Positions 51,701-64,000 of a DNA stretch of 64,000 nucleotides are shown here, piece by piece. The notes below the pieces were generated by a model. It was not told where the DNA came from, searched no databases, and was given only the letters and a program-made list of their open reading frames with translations. The stretch is taken from the NCBI GenBank assembly GCA_050273025.1, contig CP158635.1, forward strand, positions 12,896,001 through 12,960,000, given 5' to 3'. The translations under genes and the position numbers were made by a program. Numbering within the stretch: position 1 is the stretch's first letter; each line of letters begins with the position of its first letter. The DNA comes from Cenococcum geophilum (taxonomy: Eukaryota).

Positions 51701-54700
51701 GATAAATGACAGTAGTGGGAATACCTAAAGAATATGTGTCTATGGTATATTAAAGAAAAGAAGCGAACTAAGTATTAGCTAAAAGTGGACTAAGTATAGA
51801 CAGGATCTAGTAGCCAATAGTTAGGAAAAGGGGAGGCCTATAGAACTAGAGGGAACTAGTAGTAGAGCCTTAGACCCTTAAAGGAATTTAAGGACGACAC
51901 CTAAATTTATAAGTTAATTGGCAAGATTAGCAGTTTAAAGCATTAGTAGATAGTGGAGTAATAAGGAACCATATTTTACTAGTAGTAGTTAAAAGGATAG
52001 GACTACCATTATCTATTAGTTATAATTTTAGGAGATCCGATAGCCTATAGAGAAGGCATTATTAATCTTAAAACAGGACCTATTTAGCTAACCATTAAAG
52101 GAAGATAAATTAAGATGTCTTTTAATATATTGCCATTAGGGAATAATAAGGCGATACTAGGAATACCTTAGTTACAGGAATATAATCTAAAGATCGATTG
52201 GGTTACAGGTTAGGTCGATATTAGGGATACTTAACAACATAAAATGCGATAACAGACTAAGTTGGTATAGTACTAAGTCGGAGCGACATATAAGGAAACT
52301 AAGAAAGGGTTAGATTATATACCAAAGAGATACTATAAGTATAGTAAAAAGTTATAGTCACTAGAAAGTGAAAAGCTGTTAGAATATATAGTATAGGACT
52401 ACGAGATAGAGTTAGAACTAGGAATAAGTCTAAGGTTATTTCTAACCTATAAGCTTACTAAAGAAGAGGGTAGAGCACTTAAAGAGTTTATCTAGGAGAA
52501 CTTACGAAAGGGATATATTAGACTATTATAGTTATTAGCGGGTTATCCAGTACTGTTCGTACCAAAGAAGAATAGAAAACTTAGGTTATACATTAACTAT
52601 AGATAGTTAAACAGCATTATAAGAAAGGATAGGTATCCTTTACCCTTAATTAGCAAAATCTAAGACAGGATTGGTAATACGCGAATCTTTATAAAGATAG
52701 ATCTAAAATGGGCGTACTATTAGATTAGAATCAAGGAAGGCAACGAATAAAAGGCAGCCTTTAGGTTAAAGGAAGGATTATATAAATTATTAGTTATGCA
52801 ATTCGGGCTTATAAACGCGCTAGTAACGTTCCAGAAACGAATTAATAGCGTATTAGGAAAGCACCTTAATGAGTTTATTATAGTATACCTTAACGACATT
52901 ATTATCTACTTAATAATGGAGGAAGAGCACAAGGAATACGTTAAATGGGTCTTAAAGAGACTATAAGAAGAATAAATGCTAGTAGCAATTAAGAAATGCG
53001 AGTTCTTTATAAGGAAGACCAATTTCATCGGGTTTATTATTAAATTAGGCAAGCTAAGCATAGACCTAAAGAAGATTAAAGCTATAGTAAATTAGCAAGA
53101 ACTAGAGAACGTTATATAGTTGAGATTGTTTTTAGGGTTTTATAATTACTACAGGAGATTTATAGTATAATGGTTAAAGAATATTAAGCCATTTACTTAA
53201 TTAATAAAGAAAGAGAAACTATAGGTATGGGAAGAGAAGTAGAGGAAACTATTTAAAGAACTTAAGGAATTATTTACCTAGGAACTAATCTTCAAAATCT
53301 ACTAACCAAAGTTAGAGACGGTATTAGAAACGGATATATTAGACTTTATACTAAAGGCATACTTTATATAGAAATATAAAGACGGATGGCACCTAGTAGC
53401 ATACTATAGTAGGAAGATAACACTACTAGAACTAAACTATAACATCTATAATAAGGAGTTATTAGGTATAGTTATAGTATTAGGGGAATAGAGAGCATTC
53501 TTATAAGGCATAGAGAAACTATTTATAGTTAAGACGGATTATAAGAACCTAATAGGATTCCTAATAATAAAGGAACTTAACTAAAGATAGGTTAGATGGG
53601 CAGAGACACTTACAGACTACTATTTTAAAATCTAGTATATTAAGGGTATAGACAACACATAAGCAGATGCGCTAAGTAGAAAGGCTAAACTACAAAACAA
53701 TAAGAAGCTATTAGGGGCTTTATTACGAAAAGACATAGATAGATTAATTAGGTACAATTATCTAAAAATCGCAGTAACTTAAGAAGACGTAATAGAAAGA
53801 GCCTACAAGACACTAGAAAGCTTTTGGGTATAAAAGATTTTAAAAGCATAACTAGAAGATCTGTAGGTAGATATATATAAAAACCAAAAAGTAAAGTACA
53901 TCCTAAGAAATATAGCAGAGCATTTTGTGGAAGATTTCTATAAGGGAATAACTTAAGGACATAATGGAGCTACGGGCTTAGTGTTAAGACTCTAAGAGGA
54001 GTATATTATTAACGGAATCTAGGGCATAGTACGAAAAATTATAAAGGAATATCTAGATTGCTAAAGAAATAAACTAATAAGGTATAAGCTATATGGAGGG
54101 CTACAACCTATTAAAATACTAGAGAGACTATAGGAGGTCATATTATAGGACTTTATTATTAAGTTACTAAAGTTAAGAGATCCTATTACCGGACAAGATT
54201 ACGACGCGATCTTAGTAATAGTAGATAAGCTAACAAAGTAGGGATACTTTATAGCATATATAGAAGAAATCTTAGCGGAAGATGTCGCTAAAATCTATAT
54301 TAAAGAAGTGTTTATAAGACACGGAGCACTAAGTAAAATTATATTGAATAGGGATCTAAGATTTATAATAGCATTCTAGGAAGTATTCTTAGTGGAGTAA
54401 GGAGTTTAAGCAGTAACTTCCACCGCATATTATTCACAAACAGATGGTTAAACAGAGAGATTAAATTAGACGCTGGAGTAGTATCTAAGACATTATATTA
54501 ATCACGTATAGAATAATTAAGTATCGTTATTACCAGTTATATAGTTTATATATAATATAACACCTTAAGAAGGAATGGGTACATTACCATTTAAGGCAAA
54601 TTACGGATATAAACTAAGAACATCGTTATCACTATATTAAGTAAAGAAGATAAGTAGTAGAGCTAAGTAAAGAATAAAGGATCTAATAAATCTTTATATA

Positions 54701-56350
54701 AACCTTATGGAAATAGCTAAGGGAGTATAGTAAAAAATAAAAAAGTACTATAACGCTAAGAGATCTAAGGGACTAGATCTTAAGGAGGGAGACAAAGTAT
54801 AGCTACTATATAAAAATTTTAAGAGTCAACGACTAAGTAAGAAGTTAAACTACGTTAGGCTAGGACCTTTTAAAATTACGCAGAGGATTTCACTAGTTAT
54901 GTTTAAGTTAAACCTACTAGCTAAAATAAAGATCTACCTAGTATAGTATATCGCGATACTAGAGCTAGCGTATGGAAATATTAAGCCACTAGTTTACAAA
55001 GAAGACACGTATAGAGGGCAAGAAGAGGATAAATAGCAAGTTTTAAAAATCGTTAGTTACAAGGATATAGACAATAAAATATAGTACGAAGTAAAGTAAA
55101 TAGGCTATACTGAGACTACCTAGGAGCTACTAGAGAATTTAAAGAACGCTATAGGAAAGGTATAGGAGTATTAGAAGAAAATAGGTTAGGTAATATTAAT
55201 AAAGAAGGATTAAAAAAATAAGTTACCTAAGGGGGACCTAGGAAGAGCGACTGCTAAACTACTTAGAGTTGTTTCCTTTACTAATAGAGGAGGGTTAGTC
55301 CTCTTATTACCTAGTTCCTAAAGACCCTATTCTATAAGTTTCTACTCCTTAGAACGGACCTTCTTATAAACCTTCTTAAGACGGGTTAACCGAGCGAACG
55401 CAACCTGTTGAGTTTTAAAGGAGCGACGCTGGGCCTTAAGGGCGCGAGCAGTCTCCTTAGCAGAATAATAGAGTCCGGCACGAGCAGCGGCCAACTCCAA
55501 TTTAAGCTTTATAGTAGTAGATTAAATATAAGACCTTATAATAAATTACTTAGGGAACTAGACGACTATTAAGAGTTATAGGACGCGTATACTTAGCGTT
55601 AGAAATAGAGCGAATATCGTAAGATAATTAAACGTTTACTTTAGTGCACTCCAAACAAAATAAGGGCTGTTAAGATAATAGGCTTGCTATTATAATATAT
55701 ACTAACCCCGCTTTTAAACAGCGAGAACACGGAGATAGCATAATTTTACTAAGTAATAGTATTGCAGCAATGGTGCGGGCACGACGTTGCGCTTATAAAG
55801 AGGAAGTTGCTTTAGGTATAGTAAGTAATAATAATAACTAAATTAATTAGATAGATATTATACCTCTAGTAAACGACTTAAAGATACTAGGTATCTTTAA
55901 GGATAAAGATAAAGAGGAGGGAGATAGTATTACGGACGCTTTAAGTACAATATTATAACTACTTAGAGAGGAGTTAAAAGAAGCTAGTTAGTTAATAAGA
56001 GCACAGTCTAGGATAAAGCCGGTAGAACCATGTAATAAGGAATAGTAAGCGAGTCATATAATGTTATACGCAGTATACGCGGTATACGTATTATACGTAA
56101 ACGTATAATACGTATAACACGTACGTTACGTATAAGAAGGATTTTATAGGAGTACGGTTGTGTATTTAAGGACCCTTAGTCCCTACCTAGATAGTTCCTT
56201 CCTTAAAGTAATTCTTAGAATATAATTGGAGTTAATCTATTAGGCAACTACTCCACTAGTTATTATTACGTTATTGACTTACTTGTAATACCTATATACC
56301 TAGCCCATTAACAGGACCCACTATAGTACTTACTATAAGGTTCCGTTACA
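48763..56350 (+). mobile_element. Ty3/Gypsy chromovirus family A copy 2, with aberrant 43-bp 5' terminus and normal 3' LTR (55929-56350)
   Basis: TSD actag at 48758-62 and 56351-55; gag ATG ~48846; CCHC C.NCGK.GHFARDC (~49850); protease ALVDSG (~51940); RT FGL.NA..TFQ/YLDD (~52800-52900); RNase H; integrase; chromodomain (~55115). Confidence 0.95.
55150..55819 (-). pseudogene. Antisense ORF of Gypsy A2: Zn2Cys6-like cluster plus coiled coil, 55-bp intron 55536-55590 (3' end approximate)
   Basis: Literal translation ...QRRARTIAAIL...SPCSRCLKAGLV[Y]-X13-CLECTK-X6-[Y]D: four Cys intact, two TAT/TAC (RIP of TGT/TGC). Exon 2 reads KL.LELAAARAG...ETARAL.AQRRSF.TQQVAFARLTRL. Confidence 0.8.
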
Positions 56351-59300
56351 ACTAGAAGATATTAAAAAGGCGTTAAAACTAAAGTAATATATTAACCCAC
56401 AACCTCTTATACCTAAAGAATATTATAATCTAATTAATACGTTTAAGAAATAATTCGTAAACTAACTACCCCCGCATTAAGATAAGCACGATTTTAAGAT
56501 AGAACTTAAACCTAGTATAATGCTAAAGTTTGGCCTATTATACGGTATGTTATAAGAAGAGCTGCTAGTAATATAATAATACCTTAAAGAGCACCTAAAG
56601 AAAGAATTTATTCGCCCTAGTTAATTATTATTCGCCTTACCTATACTATTTATTAAGAAACCTAGAGGAGGCTTAAGGTTCTGTATTAATTATTAAGCCC
56701 TAAATATAATTATAATTTAAAACCAATATCCAATTCCTCTACTTTAAGAAACACTTAACTACTTAGTAAAAGCATAATACTTTATAAAGCTTAATATAGT
56801 CGCTGCCTTTAATTAAATCCGTGTTTATAAAGGAGATAAAAAGTATACGGCTTTCCGTATATAATAGGGACTTTTTAAATACTTAGTAATACCGTTTAAT
56901 ATAAAGAACGGTCCTAGTATGTTTTAGTAATATATTAATAATATGCTTCGCGAATTCCTTAATATATTTATTACCGCGTATATTAATAATATCGTAATCT
57001 ATTTATCTTTACTTTCTAAGTATTAGAAGCATGTCTAAATAGTCCTTAAATGCCTATAAGACGCGGGCTTATAATGCGATATTAAGAAATATAAGTTCTA
57101 TACGTCTAAAGTTATATACTTAGGCCTAATTATATCCCGTAATAGAATTAAAATAAACCCTAAGAAAATTGCTATAATTATAAACTAGGAAAGTCCTAGT
57201 AGTATATAAGATATCTAAGGATTTCTAGGATTTGTAAATTTCTACTATTAATTTATTAATTACTTCTTAAAAATTGTTTAGCTATTAGTAAACTTAATAA
57301 GAAAGAATATAAGATTTAAATAGACTACTAAATATAAATAAGCTTTTAATAACCTAAAATATTATTTTATAACTACTCTAATTCTTACCTACTTTAATCT
57401 AGACCTTAAATATATCATTAAAATAGACTCGTCTAATTATATACTAAAAGGAGTGTTATTACAATATAATAAAAACAGCAAGCTACGCCTAATAGCCTTT
57501 CTCTCTTAAAAACTTACCCCTATTAAATTAAACTATAAGATATATAATAAGGAACTACTTATAATTATTAGATGCTTTAAATAATAGCGTTTAAAACTTA
57601 AAGGATTGTTATTCTTAATATGCGTATTAACGGACTATAAAAACCTATAGTACTTTATAACTATAAAGTAATTAACGCAGCGCTAAATTTATTAGGCTGA
57701 ATACCTTTTATAATTTAACTTTAAGATTATATACTAACCTAGCAAACTTAATTAGAAGCCTAACTTATTAATATAATAATTATAAAACTTACCTATAAAC
57801 GCCTCTAATAAACGGATTATAAATTAATTATAAATTCTACTGCCCCCTAAGCGCTTTAAGAAAATACGCCCTATGTTTTTAGATTCGGAGCTTAATAGAA
57901 ATAAATTAGAAATTAATAAGTAGGATATAAAAATTAATAAATTAACAGAGTATAAATATAAGAATAACCCCTAAATAGCAAATATAATAAAAACGATTTA
58001 AATAGGGAAATAGTAATATAAGGATATTACACTCGCTAAATACGAAATCTATAATAATTGGTTATACTATTAATAAAAGATAGTAGTCCTAAATTCCAAA
58101 CCCTTATAACCTAAGATACTTAAATTTATATATAATTCCCCTATAGTAGGGCACCCTAGCTGTATAAAGACCTATAAGATTATCTAATAAGCATATTACT
58201 AGCCTATAATGTATAACTATATATAAAAATATATTTAAGTATATAAAATATATATGCGTAGGAAGACCTCTTATATAAAGAAGTAAGAAGTACTTTAACC
58301 GTTGCTAATTCTAATATAAAGATAGCGAGATATTTTAATTAACTTTATAGTTAACCTATCTAATAGTAATAGGTTTATAAATGTTATAATAGTTATTAAC
58401 CGTCTTATAAAAATGCGATATATAATTCCTATAGACTTAATTAATGCAATATTAGTAGCCAAATATTTTATTAAGTATGTTTTTAAGCTATACGGACTTT
58501 CTAATTTAATAATATCTAATTACGGAAGCCAGTTTGTTTTAGACTTCTAGTAAACCCTATATAAATAATTAAGTATATAAATATAACTCTTAACTGTATT
58601 TTATCTAGAGATAAACGGTTAAACTAAAATTGCAAACGCGATTATAGAATAATACTTATAAATATACTACTCCTACCTATAAGATAACTGGGAAAAGTGG
58701 CTACCTTTAATTAAGTTTACTATAAATAATATAAGAAACTAATTAATAGGTATAATACCGTTCTACGCAACCTATAGATAAGACCCTTAACTTATATTTA
58801 AATTACGACCTAAAATTAATATAATAGGACCTATAATTAAGAGGATTTAACTAATTAACGTATATAACTTCGCTAATTAAATAAAATAGTTAACAGAACT
58901 ATTATAAAGTAAATTAGTATACGTTTAAACATTATAGAAATAGTATATAAATAAAGAATAAGCTTCTGCATAGGACTTTAAGAAAGGTAATATAGTTTAC
59001 CTAAATATATAAAACCTAAAGACTTTATAACCCTTAAAGAAACTAGACTGGAAGTTTACGGGCCTATACTAAATTAAAAAGAAACTAAGCCTATACACTT
59101 ATAAGCTTAAACTACTAACTAAAATAAAAATATATTTAACGTTTTATATAAATTTACTATAACCCTTAAAAGGTAAACCTATAACTTATAAAGTGCTACC
59201 GCTACCTCCTATAATTGTTAATAACGGTAACGGTTCTTACTTTATTAACTTAATTAACGATATATAATAGAAAATATAATCTAAACAATTTAAACTCCTT

Positions 59301-61611
59301 ATTAAGTAGGAAGGATATAAAATATAAACTTAGAAAACCTATAACTAGATTAAAACTAACGCGCCTTCCCTAGTAAAAGAATTCTATAAAGACTATCCTT
59401 TACGGCCTACTTTAGCTAGATAGATATAATATAAAGGTAAATAACTGCCACCTAATATAAATATATAAAATATAATAGTAGGAAACTTAAAATTAAAAAG
59501 AACTTAAAATATGTTATAATATTTATAATATAATTACGTAATACGCAAAATATTAAGAAACTTTAACCGCCAGTTAAAGTTATTTAATTAGTTAGATCCG
59601 CCTTACTAAGACCTATTATAAAGATATTAGTTCTGCTTACCGCCTTAACTAAGCTAATAGCGATTTTCTAACCTAGGGATGGAAAATCCTAATTAGTCCA
59701 TTTACGATTAGAACCAGCAGAACTCTATATTATTACTTAACGCGAATATATAAAAACGCGATAAGTTATAAGTCTTAACTAAAATTAAATTATTTAGACC
59801 TTTGGCTAAAGGGGGGGTACTATAACGGGACTAGCCTAGTTATAGTAGGAATGTCTTAGTAAAACACTTAATAGATAAATTCCGACGCTTTAACCAAATT
59901 CTGCTAGATTAATTAAATTTTACTAAAGTCTGTTAAAGACCGCGTACGTATATACGCACGTATCGACCACCAAGCCCCTAACTATTTAATTATACGATTC
60001 TCTTGTTATTCCCTTTCTCCTCTTTACGCAACGTCTTGTTCTTAGCGAGAGCTATATACCCTTAGATTTAGATAGAATTTATATCGTTCCTTTAAATCTT
60101 CCCTAAAGTCTTTCCGCGCCCTTATACCGGCAAGTTGCCATAAATTGCCGTATATTGCGGTTATATAACGCGAAGATTTTATAAAACATTAAGTGGCGCT
60201 ACTCTTCTTCTCCTTTCCTTTCCCTAGCTTTAGATTCTTATTTATAGACAATCTAATTATATAGGCTTGCGCGTCCCTCTTACTGTGCTTATGCCTTACT
60301 TAACTAAGTTGCTAATATTATCTAAAGCTCGCTCTACTCTCTCTTCCTAAGAAGGAACTTAAATATATCTATAAGATTATAAATAGGACAATAACATAGA
60401 ATAAGACCCTAAGGAAAAGAATAGAACCCTAAGGAAAGGATTTATAAGACACGTATAGACCAGAACCCCTAAAGAAATTACCTAGAATTACCTAACACCC
60501 CTACTACTATGCTACAAAACATAGTAGTAAGCAAAGTAGCTACAAGACCCTTAAATACCTTAGATAAAGAAATAATTAATATTTTAACCCCCTAGGCGGA
60601 GCTTACGGCAGCTAATACTAAAATTAAACGACTATAAGAGCTGCTTAAAGCCAGAGATACCCCTATATCTAATAATAAGTCATTATTAGATAACTAAAGA
60701 CTTACTATAGTCCTTTAGGCCTTATCCTAGCGCCTTAGTGGATCTACTAAGGCCTATATAGTACCAAAGCGGTCAGCAAAGGTTGCGGATCCCCCGCTAC
60801 TTACGGATAGAATAAACCTAATATTTAATAACTGGAAGCTTTAATTACGGGACAAGCTTAAAGTTAATGCTGACTACTTTCCTACCCCCTAAGCTAAGAT
60901 GGCCTATGTCTTTAGCCGTACTAGCGGAGACGCCTAGACGTATTTACGCTCGCGATATACTAAAGACTTAACAGACCCTTTTATCTCTAAAGAGGAAATA
61001 ATTAAATACTTGTCTTCTATTTATAAAGACCCTTTTAAAGTATAGAACGCCCGTCTTAGCTATAAAAGCCTAAATATAAAAATAGCGGAGACTTTTTTAA
61101 CCTTTTAGACCCGCTTTCTACATTTAGCCAGATAGGCTTAGATCCCCTAAGAAAACCTACTGCTAGACCTCTTTAATAAGCTTACCCTGAGCCTACAGCA
61201 GGCCGTATTACTAGCTTATACTACGGCATAGACGTTAAAAGAACTTATGGATTATTGCCTAGCTATTAACTAAGGCCTTTATCGAATTAAGGCACGCGCT
61301 AATTGGCTAAAAACTAGAAACCTCGTAAACCAGGCTATAAGTACTGCAAAAACGGCCTATAGTGCCCTAGTATAATTAGCAACCCCTATAGCACCGGCCG
61401 CTTAGCCTATAGTTAACCTAGTAGCTAGCCGCGCAGCTACCCTTACTGTGGGTTTAGTGTACACCTAGCCTATATATAGCGACCCCTAAATATAGGCCCT
61501 TAGTAATTAAGGAGCTTACTTTTTATACGGTTAACCTAGCTACCCTATAAGGAACTACCTAATAAAGGCAAAGATAAACGAGGTCCTATTAATTTAGGAG
61601 GATAGTATAAA

Positions 61612-61655
61612 GTTAAAAAAAGAGGAACCCTAGGGGAAGACTTCCCCCTAGGGTT
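61612..61655 (+). other. Putative -1 ribosomal frameshift signal at the Gypsy D gag/pol junction
   Basis: A-run (RIP of a GGGAAAA-type slippery site) followed by stem-loop aaccctaggggaag/cttccccctagggtt containing the gag TAG; equivalent ggaaaa sites at ~51823 (A) and ~48060 (C). Confidence 0.55.
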
Positions 61656-64000
61656 AAAAGGAATTAATATATTATATATTGATCTGGGTCAGCTAGTTAA
61701 TAGAAAAAGCTATATTATCCCTTATACTTTATTCCACAATAGATATTAAGTTTTAACTTCTGCTTTAGCTAACTTAGAAGTAAATGCCTTTACCTTAATT
61801 AATATAAAGTGCGTTGTAAAACTGGCTGACTTTTTAAATACGCCTCTGGAAGAACTGCCTAAGCCAATTCCTATTTATGGGTATAACGGATAGGTAGGAC
61901 TACCTATTACGACTATATTGCGGATTTACCTTCGTATTAACAGACAAAGGTAGTATAACGTTCCCTTCCTTATTACGGACCTAGGAAGCCATAATATAAT
62001 CTTAAGGAGAAAATAGCTAGCCTATTTAGGCTTACAGCTAGATATATAAAGTAGACGGCTTATCTAGCCTAAAACCCTACCCCTAACTCCTTCCTTTATA
62101 AAAGAAATCAGCATTATAATAGAAAATCTTATACGGCCCTAGATTAATACTATTTACTAGGCCGATGCTATGCGTAGGGACTAGGCCTTTAAGAAAGATA
62201 TATAGCTTAATCCGTAACGGATCTATATACTACGCCGCCCCTAGACTACCTATATTACGCTACCCGTATTAAAGACCTAGGAAGTTAATAATAACCTAGA
62301 AAAGCCCCCTATAGAGAGCTTAGGCCCTATACAGCTATAAAGAATAGTAAGGAATATTAAACGCTATACTAAACTAATAGACCGGAGGGATAACTTGCGG
62401 AAGATGGAATAGAAGCTAAGAAAGATTATAAACCTTAGACTGTAAAATATAGTCCGGTAAATAGCTGTAAGGAAACCTACGGACCTCCTACTAGTTAATA
62501 TCTGCTATATTAGCGCCGTAGGATTCTACTAGAACTTGGTTTAGCCTAATACTATTACTTTTACGACTAGCTTATACGAAATTAACTAGATACTTAAGGA
62601 AAAGGAAAGCGAGCTTAGCGGATAGGAAAGTAAGCTTATAGATAAGGAGCTAGTAGAATAGAAACTACCCCATTAATACTAAAAGTTTAAGGATATATTC
62701 TCTAAGGCAGTATCTAATATACTTCTACCGCATTAACTATACAACCACAAGATTGAGATTAAGTTAGATAAGGAAAACGCCTTTAGCTATACCCCCCTCT
62801 ATAAACAATCTATTACCGAGTTATAGGCTACTAAGCAGTACCTTGTTAATAACCTAGTAAAGGGGTTTATTAAGCCTAGCCAGGCCCCTTTTACCTCCCC
62901 TATTCTCTTTGCAAAAAAGCTAAATAAAGGACTTTGTCTCTGCATTAACTACCATAAGCTTAATAATATAACCCGTAAAGACCGTTATCCGCTACCCCTA
63001 CTTAATAAGACACTAGCCCAAATTAATAGAGCTAAGGTATTTATAAAGCTCGATATCCGTTAAGCTTTTTACTAAATTAAAATAGACCCTAGATCTATAG
63101 ATCTTACTATATTTCGGATTTAATATAAATTATATAAATATAAAGTACTTCCTTTTAGACTGACTAATGGACCGGCTACGTACCAACAATATATAAACGA
63201 TATACTCTTTAACTACCTTAACGACTTCTATACGGCCTACCTGGATAATATTATAATTTACTCTAAGAACGAGTTAGAATACAAGGAGCACGTCTATAAA
63301 GTCTTATAATAACTCTATAAAGCTAGCCTCTAGGCCGATATTAAGAAGTTAGAATTTAGTATAAAGTGTATAAAGTACCTAGGGTTTATTATTAGTATAG
63401 ACGGAATTAAGGCTAACCTAGAAAAGACGGCCGTAATTAATTAATGGGAACCACTACGGACTATAAAAGGGATATAGTTATTCTTAGGCTTCTATAACTT
63501 CTACTAACGCTTTATTAAGAACTATAGTAGAATTACTTAGCCCCTTAGCCGCCTTACTATAAAGGACTAGCCCTTTTACTTTAACACCGTATATAAGTAG
63601 GCTTTTAATAAGCTTAAGAAAAGACTGGTCTCCGCTCCCTTACTCGCCTACTTTAACCTAGAACGGCCCTTAATGCTAGAAACAGATGCCTTAGATAGTG
63701 TTATTGCTAGCATTTATTCCTAGAAGTAGATGGACGGAGAATAGCACCCTATTGCTTACTATTTAAAGACTATAATAGATGCTGAGCTAAACTACCCAAT
63801 CTATAATAAAGAAATGTTAGCTATTATTTCTAACTTTTAGCACTGGCGAGTATAGCTAAAAGGGATCCCTAAGCTTATCTAGGTAGTTTCGGATTATAAG
63901 GCCCTAGAATACTTTATAATAACTAAGGCCTTTACGGCCCAGTAAGCGCGCTAGGTAGACGTTCTATTCTAGTTTAACTTCCTAATTATATATAGGCTAG

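Larger units (their letters stand above)
46553..60126 (+). mobile_element. Complete Ty3/Gypsy family C copy 2, containing Gypsy A2
   Basis: 306-bp LTRs 46553-46858 and 59821-60126; TSD ccggc at 46548-52 and 60127-31; collinear with 24635-32008. Confidence 0.95.
46497..64000 (+). mobile_element. Ty3/Gypsy family D (5' LTR 46497-46552 + 60132-~60317, split by Gypsy C2; gag-pol 60330-64000, runs out of window)
   Basis: TGTTACGG start; de-RIP gag CCHC (~61515), protease AL.DSGA (~61760), RT PFGLTNGPATYQ (~63150) and AYLDD (~63235), RNase H LETDASD (~63675), NYPI.DKEMLA (~63790). Confidence 0.9.

Noticed and set aside
1..64000. Telomeric arrays, tRNA/rRNA genes, centromere assignment
   Set aside because: No (TTAGGG)n tract or recognisable RNA gene; AT-rich RIPped nests alone do not establish a centromere.

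Overview
Fungal (filamentous ascomycete-type) heterochromatin-like window. About 90% is nested transposable elements degraded by repeat-induced point mutation (RIP; CpA/TpG replaced by TpA, leaving stop-filled frames). Nesting was reconstructed from target-site duplications (TSDs). It includes six Ty3/Gypsy-type copies plus one partial copy from four LTR types (my labels A-D), two fungal Copia-like elements, one full-length and one 5'-truncated Tad1-like LINE, four MITE-like foldback elements, two solo LTRs, a hAT remnant and a Tc1/mariner end. A RIP-free island at ~39.5-43.9 kb holds two divergent spliced genes: a ~225-aa hypothetical protein (- strand) and a Zn(II)2Cys6 transcription factor (+ strand). 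The most notable signal is a previously unannotated antisense, intron-containing ORF between pol and the 3' LTR in all three A/B Gypsy copies that retain this region; after reversing RIP changes it encodes a Zn2Cys6-like cluster followed by a predicted coiled coil. Other oddities: a Gypsy copy whose 5' LTR is replaced by a 43-bp inverted U5 end yet has a clean TSD; one target site hit independently by a LINE and a Gypsy; and covarying Tf1-type self-priming sites. Protein motifs in RIP regions are manual de-RIP reconstructions, not database hits.
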